A DNA stretch of 64,000 nucleotides from Eledone cirrhosa (lineage: Eukaryota). The stretch spans positions 26,660,001 through 26,724,000 of the forward strand of contig OZ024740.1 in NCBI GenBank assembly GCA_964016885.1, written 5' to 3'. Shown one piece after another: positions 1 to 14,060 of the stretch. Positions within the stretch are counted from its first letter, which is position 1, and every line of letters begins with the position of its first letter. A program made the position numbers and the translations under genes. The notes under the pieces are model-generated. The model did not search any database, was not told the DNA's origin, and saw only the letters and a list, made by a program, of their open reading frames with translations.

Positions 1-83
1 TTGGAATTGATTTTCTGAAAACGTGTATGTATATATATACAAACACCACCACACACACACACACATATATGTATATATACATG

Positions 84-155
<72 letters not shown>

Positions 156-666
156 CATATATATGTATAGATAAATATATATACACATATATATAGAAAT
201 ATATATTCATATCAGAGTATATGAATGTATGTCTGAATATCATTCTCGGCATGTCCCTCATCTATATATATATAATAATTATTCACGCTATCAGTATATA
301 TATTCATAATTCACGCTAAAATTCGCCTTTCCACTAGTAGAGATTATATATTATCTCCAATGTTCTGATTTATTGTATCGTTACTCCGATTTTCACGCTC
401 ATATGAATTCTGTCAGGCGAGAAGGAAATCATTTCTTGATCTATCCTAAGAATGATACGTACATAATCTCATGTGTTAATCATTATAGATATACATCCGT
501 CTATCTAGCCAGATATGTAATTATGCATTTAGTTTCGTATTTTACAATACAATTATATATCTATTTACATTACTGTTTTTATATCTTGATATTTGCTGCT
601 CTGTCTTACTGGATGTTAAAAATAATAGTTGTATAATGGTTTACATCTCTGTCTGTTTGTCTGACC

Positions 667-763
<97 letters not shown>

Positions 764-1440
764 CATTGAACAATCGATTGACGTGAGGTAGACTTTTCAC
801 AATACATAAGCAAAAATATACGAAACCAAATGAAATCATTTAAAGTCAATTGCGATTTGATTGATTACAGAAAAGGAAATCGTGAGAAAATGCGCCAAAT
901 AAATAGTGACACACTCGTCGCTATTTATTTAGGTATTTCTAAGACCCGATATTTTACACATGCTACTGTAGTGATAATATTATAACGTGTTTTAGCATCC
1001 AAATATATGAAATTACCACATAGACTTCACAAATGGGTAAAGGGTTAACAGATGACGCATTGGCCATTTTTTTTGTTTTCTAATTCTTATTTTTCTTTTT
1101 TGCCAACCAATAAATCTCATCCTTCATCATTTGGATTCTAAGAAAAATGAAACTTCAATTATATATATCTATATATACATATATATATATATATATAGAC
1201 AGAGAGAGAGAGAGACAGAGATATATAGATATATATACATATGTATATACGAATACACATATATATATATTAATATATATATTAATATATATATATATAC
1301 ACGCATATATATATATTCATTCAATACAGACATGATAAATATGTGAGTGTTTAATTGTATGTATATTTATATGACATTGCGTATCTGTGAACGAATATAA
1401 GTAAACTCTCCTATCTTCAAATCTCCCTCTCTCTCTCTCT

Positions 1441-1489
<49 letters not shown>

Positions 1490-1492
1490 TCG

Positions 1493-1610
<118 letters not shown>

Positions 1611-1691
1611 GTATATATATATATATATACAGAAACAAAATGGCGTAGGATAGAAGAAAGGAAAGGCACAGAAACAAAGAAAGGAATCCCC

Positions 1692-1736
1692 AGTCACTGA
1701 AGAGGTCACAGAGTGTGTGACGAAAGGACTATGACT
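1692..1736 (+). ncRNA. Type I hammerhead ribozyme (stem III slightly decayed)
   Basis: agtca-CTGAAGA-g-gtcaca(gagtg)tgtgac-GAAA-ggac-TA-tgact: stem I agtca/tgact, intact core boxes, 6-bp stem II; island next to (TA)n. Confidence 0.75.
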
Positions 1737-1807
1737 ATATATAAACAACTATCTGGTTGTGGAACCAACCAACCAACCAGAAATTTATAAGTTTGTAGAT
1801 TTATAAA

Positions 1808-1952
1808 TTTATAAATTTATAAATATATAATAAATTGAAGTGAAAGCAGGTGGTGCGTGTGTTTCTTATTGGCAACATGACCCTCCCAAAGTATAACAAT
1901 ATCGGTTTCAACACACGATTTCAGATAAAGAATCTTGCTAAACAAATTCAGA
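1808..1952 (-). repeat. (TA)n-associated dispersed repeat carrying an HHR-like 3' half (GAAA-ccga-TA)
   Basis: Same sequence recurs at about 36400-36500, 36690-36750 and 37447-37590 in both orientations; no 5' CUGANGA box seen. Confidence 0.6.
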
Positions 1953-1969
1953 AACGAAATATATATATA

Positions 1970-2097
<128 letters not shown>

Positions 2098-2127
2098 TCA
2101 AATGTCTAAAATTTAGCTTCGTTTATT

Positions 2128-2182
2128 ACTGCTATATATATTTCGGTGACAGCCATCTTTGGCTGTGACCTCTTCAGGCAGT
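2128..2182 (-). ncRNA. Type I hammerhead ribozyme
   Basis: Reverse complement actgc-CTGAAGA-ggtcacagcca(aaga)tggctgtcacc-GAAA-tatata-TA-gcagt: 5-bp stem I, 11-bp stem II with one mismatch, palindromic stem III. Confidence 0.9.
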
Positions 2183-2309
2183 CCGAATTAGTGTGGTAGA
2201 GACAAGTACATATGTTGTTGAGGTGTATAACTTTGTCAATACTCTATGCCCAGTTCCTGGTTGGGTTGTTATTTCACTGAGGAACTGGAATCAAATCGAA
2301 CTGGAATCA

Positions 2310-2447
2310 TCACGAAGTCGAAGATAGATGGGGTGACGCTTGTCTATAGAGTAGAGTGTGTTGGAATGAGGAGAGAGAGGGATACATATATATATATATA
2401 TATATACATATATATACATACATATATATATATATATATACATATAT

Positions 2448-2503
<56 letters not shown>

Positions 2504-2607
2504 GTGTATATATGTATATATATATATATATGTATCCCTCTCTCTCCTCATTCCAACACACTCTACTCTATAGACAAGCGTCACCCCATCTATCTTCGAC
2601 TCCGTGA
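2310..2607. repeat. Inverted repeat (about 77-bp arms) around a (TA)n-type microsatellite
   Basis: 2310-2386 is the near-perfect reverse complement of 2531-2607. Confidence 0.9.
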
Positions 2608-3035
2608 CTCATCTTCATGCAAAAACATTTATCTTCTTCATTAAACTTAAACAATGACATCTTATAGGCCATTATTATGGCTTTGTTGGTGTAGTGACGG
2701 GTTATAACTGGTGGATGATCAGTTTCCACATCTTTCTGTCTTCTTTGTCTTCTTATTCCTCATTTTCTTTCGTTTTCTTGCCATACATTTTTCTTTATAT
2801 TTGTTATCATTTTTTCCGTCGATTTTTGTGCGGCTACTTGTTGCTTTTTGCTGTTGTTTCTAATGCTGCAGATGCTGTTGTTGTTCAAAGTATTTTCAAG
2901 TAAATCTCCAGAAGGAGCGAAATTGTCAGCGCTAAGAAAATCCAAGTCTCGCTGAAGGCTACCACATGTATATCTAATAATCAAAAGTCGTTAAGAAAGT
3001 GACTTTACAAACAGGCCGACCCCAGGATACGTGTA

Positions 3036-3075
<40 letters not shown>

Positions 3076-3350
3076 CAATCCTGCCACAGTGTAGTAACGC
3101 TCAAGGAGGAATTTGGAAAATAACAACTTTTAATCTGGCCAAACATGTCAACTGCTTTTTCTTTTTAGTTTTGGTTGTTTTTTAATGCTCCTTTCATCAT
3201 TGGACATCAGCGTGTCCCCTTTTATAATACAGCACATATCTTTGGAATGTGTTCAGTATCTAAACTATAATAAAGGGTGGAGTACGAGACAGCATCCTGA
3301 ATATATATTCTATCACGTTTGTAAAATAAGTTGGATTACTTTGAATAAAT

Positions 3351-3443
3351 AATTGTTTCTAATCTTGGCACAAGGCCAGCAATTACCCAGTACATTACTG
3401 GTACTTTATTTTATCGACCCCGTAAGGATGAAAGGCACAGTTA
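3351..3443 (-). mobile_element. SINE family A, 3' fragment
   Basis: cttggcacaaggccagcaatt...ctggtactttattttatcgaccccgtaaggatgaaaggca, shared with more than 10 copies in the window. Confidence 0.75.
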
Positions 3444-5289
3444 ATTGAATAAATAATGAATGAATATTACGTAATTTCTCTACTAACTTTCGTTATTCTT
3501 GATTAAATATAAATAATTTTGTTGCTAATTTTCAGATTCACTTCTTTAAAATTATCAAATGTCAACCCTTCCGGTTAGCGATCACTTAAATAAACAGTCA
3601 TATATTTCCGTCAATGGATTACGTTACTGATTACATGAGACAGTGTAACGCAGTCTTCTTTCAATTTCTGTGTATATTGTCAACTACGATTTTATTTGAT
3701 GTATAATATTTACATGTATACATACTTGCGTATAATATCAATATACACACTACACATGCAAGCAGAAAACCACCCGAAGGGTGAATTTTCTGCTAGTGCG
3801 TGTAAATCACATTGATATGCTTCACTCGTATGACTATGTTCATTGTTCCACCGTTTATCTCTCTCAGAATTTTGTAGTTGAGAATATTATCCGTATGCAA
3901 TTCTTATTCGCTTTTCATCATCCTGCAGTTTTTGTTGTATATATTGTTGTTGTTTGATATTTGACAGTTTTGTTCTCTTGTTCAAGTTTTCCAGTTCTTT
4001 CGTAAGTTGATTACCTTGTTTCTGTTTGCTGTGTCTATTTTAGTGTTCCTGCGTTTCCTATTCTTGCTATCATGATACTTGCGAGTTTAGTTGCTGTTGT
4101 TATTGGCCGATTACTGTTTGGCTATTTTTGATATGTGTAGTCACACCATCCTGCTTTCAGTACTACGATGCAGTCATATGTATCTGACCCAAGACCCGAA
4201 GACGTCTTGGTTATTGTTTGACAGCTCGCCATGTTATGGACATTTTCCAAGAGTTCTTCTTTGATATGATCTGGGTGTAGACAATTCGCTCCCTATCCTT
4301 GATCAGTTTCTCTGGCGTTGTATTTTATAATCGAGAATATTCTTGCTATTTTACGGCTCCCAGGAAGCCGATGCTATGAATCATTACATAATCACTTGTA
4401 GCACAGTCACCATCCTTAAATGTTCTACTTACTGGTCTGTGTATATTGGAATGCGATTCGATTCCTCAGATCTCCAGAGATAAATGAAGTGGATAGCGAA
4501 GCTCACCAGTTACAAAGTTTATCTGTTGCCAAATAGATTTTAGGTACGGCTAGATCCGATGTGAACTAATCAGAGAGCTCCACAGGTTTCTGAGAAAAGG
4601 GCTAGGTGACGTGTCTACCCTTGTAAGTATGTATGTGGGAATGTGTGTGCACGTGCGTGTTTGTAGGTATGTGTGTTTGTTTCTAAGATATAAAGAATGA
4701 ACATATATACTTAACATTGTATAGGGAACAAGTTTCCCTTCTTTCTGCAATTGCGTAGTATCTACCTTTACCCCCCCCCCCCCCCCACACACACTTACAT
4801 ACATACTCTCGCTATGTATCTATCTATTTATTTATCTACCTATCTATCTCTCTTTCTACCTACCTACCTACCTACCTACCTACCTACCTACCTACCTACC
4901 TACCTACCTATCTATCTACCTATCTCTCTGGGATGGACACACGCGTGAAACTTGCTGGGTAAGTTCTGCCTAAATTTCTATAGAAATTCCTAACTGTAAA
5001 CCTTCATTTTTGTACCAATTTGTAGAGGGACTGCCAGGTCAAATTTTGATCTGGTCAGTCTCTCAAAATATTCTGCGCCTTTAGACGAAATAGTACACAA
5101 AAAGTTTTTTGGGGACAGGCTAACATTTGTTTTTAAATTGCTGAAGCTTCTTCACCAAAATTCGAAGGAGGAAAGGGGAAGATATGCTTACAGGTTTCCC
5201 CTGCCACTATCATAGTAGCAGATGTCAAAGACAAAGGTCAGCCAGAGGAAGGATTGACTCCACCTGCTGACCGACAACTTGACGTTGCC

Positions 5290-6816
5290 ATGGCAACAAA
5301 CCCAAAGTGTGAAACGATGAACAAAACCAACACAACCAGCGGCACCAGCAACAACAATGCTACGAACGAAAACAACACCAACAACAATAACAATAACAAC
5401 AACAACAAGACCAATAACTGCAACAAGGAAGTAAACGACAAAATATCGTTTGCGCAAACCGTAAAGAAAACGGTAAGCTACACACTGGTAGATATTTCAA
5501 ATGCAAAAGAGCTTTTGAATAACGCCAGACGATATGTAACTTTCGGGGAGAACGGATCATTCTCCATAAACTCTCCCCCAGATTTGCGAAGAGAAACTGC
5601 CTTGAAAACTGTGGTTTTCAGGACAGTCTCAAACAAAACCCGAAAACCGACTCAACTTTCACAAGGCGAAATTGAGTTCGTTTAGAAGATACCTTAAAAG
5701 ACATTGCTTTCATTAAGAAGGGTAGACTCTACGGGAGTTTATCCATTCTGTTGAAAGACCAACTGACGGTACAGAAACACTCTGTGTCGCCAATTGTGTC
5801 ACCGTTGTTCACCCTTTTCCCCATTTACATGGGGAAAAGAACAGAAAATAAAAATCGAAAGTATCACACCAAATATTGATATTTGGTGGGTACTATGTGG
5901 ATTTTTAAACCTAGAAAGAGACACAATAATATCGGTAGGTCCAAATGACACCAGAACGAATAGCTAGGATCCCGGAACGTGTGCTACTGGATGGACTTAT
6001 ATACATAAACATTTCGGTCGAGGGTAGGCGGCCCTCATGTTACCACTGCCAACACCTGCAACACCAGCACAACAATCAGCACCACCACCACCACCACCAC
6101 AACAACAACAACAACATAAAAAAATAGTGACAACAAAACAAACGACAAACACAGTCCCACCCAACCCCTCCCCACCTAAAACAATTCCAGATACACCCAC
6201 ACACATAATAGCTCCCCAAAATGTACCCCTCCTCAACAACACGGATGAGGCCTCATCATCGTCACCCGGTGACGATAAGGGAGAGCCTTTCCGACCAGTA
6301 AAAAGAAAAAAGAAAAGACATAACACAAACAAAAATGCAACAAACACACAAACACCAACACAAGCGACGCAGACAGCACAAACAAAAACACCCCCTCCTG
6401 AAAACAAAGCACCTACTACAAAACGTAAACACACACAAGAACCACAGACAAAAAGCAACCCAACACAACAAAAATGTTACACCTACATAAATACTAACAA
6501 TAAAACTTTAACAGACACCATATATAAAAACCCTTCGGTAGAGACCGAAGGGAAAACTTTTACACACTCTTCGGAGAATCCTAGTCTTAAAATGATTAGG
6601 ACCTCCATGGACACACATAAACAGTTAAAAGAAACATTTCCTAACGACGTAGGTAACCCCTGCGTCAAACCCTACAATCGAGTCCTGTTAAAATGTTTCC
6701 CCATCCCACCAGACACCCCCTCCCCACCAAAAATCTCTGTCCCCACCCCACCAAACAACCCCTCCAAAACCCCCATGGAAATTATGCATCCTGGTCCCCA
6801 GGAGACGAAGAGGTGA
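5290..6816 (+). pseudogene. LINE ORF1 (gag-like), frameshifted
   Basis: MATNPKCE...KISFAQTVKK, then VEGRRPSCYHC (truncated zinc knuckle after a GR.P motif) and a Pro/Thr/Lys-rich tail; lies directly upstream of ORF2. Confidence 0.7.
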
Positions 6817-6849
6817 GTGATTTATTTTCCTTAACTTTTCAGCACCAAC

Positions 6850-9800
6850 ATGGCCAATGTAAGAGTTGGATGTGTGAATGTACGCGGCCTGGGGATGCCC
6901 TGGAAACAGGGCAAACTCTTAAACGACCTAAGGTCGCACAGTATTGATGTAGTACCCATTTGCGAGTCCAGGATCCACATTGAGCGACAACTGGCCTCCA
7001 TCTTCGACGACTTTGACATCTAGGCATCTCTCTGTCAGCCGGGAGTTGGGGGTAGGGTTGCCGTTTTGCTGCGGAAACACTTGGACCTCGTAACACATAC
7101 GGTACATCTGGACCCGGAGGGTCGACTGGTGGTCCTAGACGTTGACGGTAGTGAAGGTGGAGCCTTCAGGCTGGTGACCGCATATGCCCCATCTGTGTCA
7201 CCGCGGCCAGGATTCTTCAAACGTCTAGAGACTTTTCTGGGAACGTCACGCTCCCTGCTGTTAGTGGGGGACTGGAATGGAATCCTAGATGCACGTTGAG
7301 ACTATGTGGGAGCATGTCCCGATAGAGGGGGGGGGGTGTAACAGCCTCAAACAGTTAATGGTCCGATTTGACCTGGCCGATAGATATCGACTAGATTTTT
7401 CCGACTGTGCCACTGTGGACGTGGAATAATCGCAGCGGAACATCTAGATCGTACCTAGATAGGGTTCTAGTCAGAAAGAAGGATAGGGACATGTTAAGCT
7501 GTCCACAAATGTTGATGGTTGCATATTCAGATCACAAATTAGTGACATGCTTAGTCAACCTTGACAAAACCCATAGACAGGGACCCGGCTACTGGAAGCT
7601 GAACTTGTCGTTACCGACATGCAAAGCCTACAGTAGACGGATTAGCACTTTAGTTAAGCAGCACTTGGCGGTGGCCATTGTCAACAACATATCGTGGTAC
7701 TCACTCAAGAGGGCAGTTAGATAAGACTCGATAGGTTGTAGTAAAGAATTAGTGTTAGATAGAAATAAGACCGAAAAGGAACTGGTAGATAAAGTAGAAG
7801 AGGCACTTAGGAGTCGCAACGTAGCCAGCGTGCTAGCGACGAGAACGTCATTGGACCAGTTCTTCGACGCAAAGCATGAAGGCTGCGCTGTCAGAAGCAA
7901 AATACGTGCTCTGGGAAACGAGGGTGCCAAAGCTGTTAGCTGGGCCCGAGTGACGGAGGCGAAAAGTGGCAACAAGTCCACGTTTCGGTCTTTAAAGGAC
8001 CAATACGGACGCGTGATACGTGAGCCGAAGAAAATGTGCGCGGCCTTTCAGCGGCACTTTGCTCAACTGTTCGGACAGGGCGGCGCGCCGGGAGGGCTAT
8101 GGATTTCTGTCCATACCTCGACGGCCTATCGCGACTCTCGGACAGCGAGGCTAAGTTCTGCGTAAGGCCGATTTCGGCCGCTGAGATATGGGACGCGCTA
8201 AGCCAATGCGGCAAATGTAAATCTCCAGATCTCAACGGTCTACTCTACGAATTTTACGTAGCAATGCCGGACTTGTTCTCCGGTCTCCTGGAAGCGGTCT
8301 ACTGCAACTGGCAGCAAAACGGGAGAATTCCCAGTTCTGTGACCAAGGGCGTAATCACGTTAGTCAGGAAGGACGAGAACAAGGGGGATCACACAGGCAA
8401 CTTCTGGCCCATAACTCTGCTCAACACAGAGTTACAGATTTTGGCCAAGGTGTTGGCAAAGAGGCTGGCGTTTGTCGTCGAAAACCTGGTGGGAGAAGCG
8501 CAGACATGCGCAAAATCGACCAGGTCCATAAACGACAACCTCCACCTCATGCGATTCATCATAGAGAGGGTAGGGTAAAAACCCGGCTTCGGTGGGGCCC
8601 TGATCAACTTGGATCAGTCTAAAGCTTTCGATAGGGTTGACCATCGTGACCTGGATGCGATGCTCGAGGCGGCAGGCTTCGGGCCCGTGTTCAGGGGCTG
8701 GATTGCTGCAATGCACAACAGCAACAAATGCTCAAGGGTCAAGGTGGACGGCTACCTCTCGGAGCCGTTCCATATCACGGGATCCATCCGACAGGGATGC
8801 CCTCTCTCCTCCCTTCTGTACGTACTGACTCTCGAGCCACTAATGCGGAAGTTGGAGCTATTTCAGGGCATCCCTTTGGAACCGGGACTGCGAAAAGCGG
8901 CGTCGGCCTACGCCGACGAGGGGGCGGTAGTGGTGTCGATCGGGGAGCTCTGCACCTTACTAGAGGAATACGAAAGGTTCACAGGAGCGACCTGAACCGG
9001 GACAAATCCGTCGGTTTGCAACTCGGAACGTGGAGAAGCAAACCGATGCCTTCCGATGACGTCGTCGGACGCTGGACGGAAGGACCGGTAAAGCTGCTCG
9101 GGGTCTGGTTTGGTCCGGACCTCCAGGTGGAGAAGAACTGGAACGAGGTGAGGTCATGGTGTTTGCGCTCACCCAGAAGTGGGCCGTGTTCAAACTATCC
9201 TTGAAAGGTCGAGCGGAGGTGGCGAACACTTTTATAGCGTCCGTCATCTAGTACCGCTTGACCGTCGTGCCTTGTCCAGCCAAAACGCTCGCCAAAATGG
9301 AGCGCGCGCTCTTCCAATTCCTTTGAAAGAAACGGGCTACTTTGATGAGAAGATCCAGCTGCTGCCAACACCCTTCTAACGGAGTGATGTGGGAGCCGTG
9401 GCTGACGATGCGCAAACACGCGCTCAGGCTACGGCACCTCCACGTATTCCTCACCAGATAACCGGTGTGGCCCCGTTCATGGGGCGAGCCTTCCCACGAT
9501 TTGTCTCGCTGACCGAGCTGCAGACCTGGGTCAAGCAAAGACCGAGGAAAATGGACGACTGGCATATCGAATGTGCTCAGTCGCTCACAGTCCTCTGGCA
9601 AACGGACCCGGCGATCAGTGGAGACTCCACTTCGACATTCTATAGTTGGTCGGTCCGCAGCAAGTGCGACGAACGCTCAGAGAAACTATAGGCGTAGAGG
9701 AGGACGAACTGGCCAGTCTATTCGGTAGGACCTTCCGCACGGGACCAATGGACAACTTCCAAAAGTCCCTGGCCTGGCAGTGCTACCGAGGAGCTATACC

Positions 9801-10274
9801 AGTTCGAGACGAGCTCTACAGACATGTGCGCCCGGGTAAGGGCCCTTCGAAAAAGATCTGTCCGAGATGCGTGCGCGACGCGGAAACCATCGCACACGTA
9901 TGTGTACACTGCCCGGGCGTTACCGACCTGTGGGGCTATGTAGAACGACTATTGTCGCGGTTGGACCAATCCAGTTGACCACCGAGTTCATCGTTATGAT
10001 CAAACCGCCAACTGCCTTCAAAAACGAGGGAGAGGCGGTTTTCCTATGTATTATGGCTATGGTGAAAGAGGTTATATGGAGGACGAGGTTAAAAGGGTAG
10101 AGGTGAGACACCTTTCTCTCGCGCGAGCAACTAATTCGTTTTCTCAAATATCATTTTGGAAGAAGAATCAGGATGGAGAGAGAGGTGCTGTACCCCAGCA
10201 AGTTTTATAAAAGGTGGGTGAATGTGGCAAAGATGGCCCGAGTGGTTGAGGCTTCTCTCTATATAAGCATGTAG
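6850..10274 (+). pseudogene. LINE ORF2: AP endonuclease + reverse transcriptase + C-terminal Cys/His finger, many stops and frameshifts
   Basis: MANVRVGCVNVRGL; VTAYAP; LLVGDWNG; SYLDRVL; SDHK; GPGYWKLN; NFWPITLLNTELQILAKVLAKRL; DQSKAFDRVDH; GSIRQGCPLS; AYADE; CPRC..DAETIAHVCVHCP. Confidence 0.95.
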
Positions 10275-10605
10275 GTTGAGCAAAAAGAGGACGAGAGGAA
10301 GGGAGTACTCCCTCTTGGTGCTCCTGGAGATGGGGGTTGTACATTTTTTCGGGGTGTGACAACCCCTGTGTAACATCTCCCCCCTATTGGGGATTTCAAT
10401 TGTTATTTGTTATTTTATTAATAGTTTTATTTTCATAAACCTGTATGTAAACTTCCCATTTGTATTTGTCCCCCTCTTTTGTGCTCTTGTGGCTAATAAA
10501 GAAATTTATCTCTCTATCTGTCTGACTTCCGACACTTCAGTTTTAGCATATTGCGCTACATTATATTTAATGTTGACCGTTTACTTTCAATATACTTTCT
10601 GTTTG

Positions 10606-10663
<58 letters not shown>

Positions 10664-12167
10664 CCATTATCGTCATTATCATTATTCTCCTCATCCAACT
10701 CATCAGCATCATCTCCTCCATCATCATCTTCATCTCTACAACCAGTACACCACACCACCATCATCATCTTTATCCTAATCACCCGCCCATCCTCACTCCC
10801 CTCTAAATCATCATCATCAGGTAGAACATCACTAAAGTCCTGTCAATCGTTAATTGCACCTTTACACTTTATCCCGTTTACGGTTAATGTGGCTGTCTCA
10901 ACCGGAAATAAAAATGAAAATCATAAATATGCGTGTGTGTAAATGTGTGTGTGTGTATTTGTAAGTGCTTCTGTTTATGCATATTTAACTGCCTGAGTGG
11001 GTGTATGTGTGCATTTGTATCTGCTTGTATACGTGAATTCGTGACTGTATGTCTTTATGTTTAAATATATGTATATGTGTGTGTGCTTTCATGAGAGAAA
11101 AATGGAACTAAAAGAAAGTGAGAAAAGTGGATGTGAAAATGGCGGTTTCTAAATCTTGTTAAATGCTGCCATAACAAATCTGACGTGATTAGTCGTGTTT
11201 TAAAATCTTATTAGTCATCAGTAATGTTGTTAGTGGTTATGATAATCGATGGAGGAAAATGAGCTTGTTTCCCTTCTTCCGTCGTTCATCAATAGTTCTT
11301 GTCAAGTCCATTCGTTGCATGATTGTTTGCCTGTCTGATTGGCTTGCTGCTGTATTGCTGCTATGTTGTTATGCCTCTTTGGTTATTTTCTTATCACTAG
11401 CTTTGGTTTCGGTATATCTTTGCCCAGTAGTTCCACGGTTGCCTACTTAGAATCTTACTACATGCTAACTGTTTCATATGTTACTGTTGAGATAAATATA
11501 TAATTGCCTAGTTGCACGTTTAGTCTTATACAGTGTTAACCGTCCCTATGACTGCATTAATACCTCATAAGGTCGGTTACATGTCTTTCTGGTTTCTTCA
11601 TATTTTACTAGCGCTACCTTATACAATAGATACCTGAAAACATTCCAATCTGCTTGTTTGCCTGCGAAGTATTTTGTTAGGAGCTTGCTGACGTCAGTAA
11701 CTATTTAAATATGCCGTCTTCTTATTATTTCGTTGCCTGCAAAGTATTTCATAAGGATTTTAAAATCTTACAAAATAAAATATATTTGTCGTAGACAAGT
11801 TGTATAATCTGCTTAGTTTCCCACTGTGTAGTATCAGTCTTATTCGTCTTTCTTCGTGTCTACAAGCTGTGGTGGAATCATAGTGGCTCTACCATGAGAT
11901 ACGGCATGGCTTGGGTGCTTTTTAACCAAGAAGAGACTATTGTTTAGCAGATCTGACTGCAACTAGCTTTCTCCACAAAGATGATTAAATAAATCAAATG
12001 AGACATAAAGGCAGAAGAAGAATCAACCTCAGTACTGGAGTGGTACGTTATTGTCTCTGAAAAAAATATGAAGACATTGATATCTGTGTAATAATAGGGT
12101 GTAAAGGGCCGAAATATCCCGCAAAACATTCCATTGGATGTTTGTATATATATATGTATTCAATTGG

Positions 12168-12555
12168 GAGCTCTTATATAGTAACATTCTGTTGGGCCCA
12201 CCTATATAGTTACATTCATTTGGGCCCTCCATCCTATATAGTTACACTCAATAGGGTCCTCCTATATAGTTATATGCTGTTGGGCCCTCTTATACAGTTA
12301 TATTCTGTTGGGCCCTCCCTCCTATATAATTACATTCAATAGGGTCCTCTTATATAGTTACATTCTGTTGGGCTCACCTATATAGTTACATTCTGTTGGG
12401 TCCTCCTATATAGTTACATTCAGTAGGGCCCTCTTAAATAGTTACACTCTGTTGAGCTCTCTTTTATAGTTACATTCAGTTGGGCCCACTTATATAGTTA
12501 CACTCAATTGGGCATTCCTATATAGTTACATTCTGTTGGGCACTCCTATGTAGTT
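12168..12555. repeat. Minisatellite, about 30-bp unit x about 13
   Basis: Unit consensus tatagttacattctgttgggccctcctata repeated with variation. Confidence 0.9.
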
Positions 12556-13084
12556 TTGATAGTATTTTTTCTCAATCTAGTTTAGCTTTGTATTAAACAA
12601 CAAAAGCGTCCTCAATAACATTAAAAGCTTAACAACAGTATAAAACGACAGCCATACATAGAACAACTGAATACAACAACAATATTGATAGCAACAGTAA
12701 TAAATACAACAATAAAATCTAACAGGGGAACGCCACGTGGTTTGCTGGATTGCAAGTGACAGCATCCAAATCTCCCGGAAAACTCCCCCCCCCCCCTCAT
12801 TGTGTCTAAAATTAATAGAATGATCAGGAGATTTTTACCATTTTTTTTTATTAATTGTAAAATATCGGCAGTGTATCTCACAAGAAATATGATAAAAGAA
12901 AGGTTAAAGGACATTACCATATTGGTATTGTTATAAGTGAAGGCATGTAGCCTAGTAGTTAGAGTGTTGTATTTACAGTCATATGGTTACAATCAGAGGA
13001 AATGCATGAACCTTAACCCTCTAAAAACACATATGCATCACCCCCGTCTCTATTGATCTCTCCAGCTCCCATGCTTTCCAGAAT

Positions 13085-13222
13085 ATTTACGTCCCTTTAC
13101 GGTCTGAGTTCAAATCCCGTCGAGGTTAACTTTGCCTTTCATCCTTACGGGGTTGATAAAATAAAGTACCAGTAATGTACTGGTTAATTGCTGGTCTTGT
13201 CCCAAAAGTATAGACAATTATT
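13085..13222 (+). mobile_element. SINE family A (tRNA-derived)
   Basis: ctgagttcaaatccc (B-box-like) gtcgaggttaactttgcctttcatccttacgggg...aagtaccag...cttgtcccaaaagtatagacaattatt. Confidence 0.8.
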
Positions 13223-13984
13223 ATAAGCAAACGGTGGTAACGCGGCCTTGGCGGACAAAATAGAGAAAGCGTTTCGTCGAATCAAAAATTGAAAGGAGTT
13301 GTCAACGGCTATGGTGCTCAACCACGGATAATTTTGGAGCTAGGTAATAATAATAACAACAACAACAACAACAACAGCAGCAGCAGAAGCAGCTGTATTG
13401 ACATCCACAAAAAATAATTAGTAGATCTAAACAATACCTCTGTAATAGAACTAACATTTGAAATCTATATTATAGAGATGTCGTGGTGGAGTGGAACATT
13501 GCTAAAATGATATTGTTTATATTATTGTGTAATTTGTTGTCTGAGTTAAGGGTAAAGACACCAGAAGAATGCTATTATATATTGAATTTGGCATTCTTCA
13601 TTCCGAAGAATTACTTTCGAAATGCAATATTTATTGCAAGGAATATATTAAAATATTGGCTGGGTTCAACTGAACTCAACAGCGAAAGAAGTGTTAATTT
13701 TGTGCACGTACACATATATATACACACACAGGCGCACACACAGGTACACACACGTACACACAAACACACAGACACACACGTACACACACACACGTATACA
13801 CACACACGTACACACACACACACATACGCACCACGCACACACATGCAGACACAAACGCACACACACACACGCGCAAACACACATATATATGTATATAATT
13901 GTATCTGATAAAATCTCATATCATCACTTTCGAGCACACACATACATACACATACACACGCATATATATATATATGAGTGTGTA

Positions 13985-14060
<76 letters not shown>

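Larger units (their letters stand above)
4930..10506 (+). mobile_element. Apparently full-length, decayed Tx1/L1-clade non-LTR retrotransposon
   Basis: ORF1 + ORF2 (APE-RT-zinc finger), AATAAA at 10495-10500, flanked by direct repeat tatctctct at 4921-4929 and 10507-10515 (putative TSD) within TATC/TACC microsatellite context. Confidence 0.9.

Noticed and set aside
1035-1048. piggyBac-like end (gggtaaagggTTAA)
   Set aside because: No matching left TIR found nearby.
3880-4550. Strand-skewed region resembling a decayed retroelement ORF (similar one at 11240-11940)
   Set aside because: No conserved motif could be read; composition alone is insufficient.
12168-12555. CRISPR-like periodicity
   Set aside because: Units are contiguous with no unique spacers, there are no cas genes, and the context is eukaryotic.
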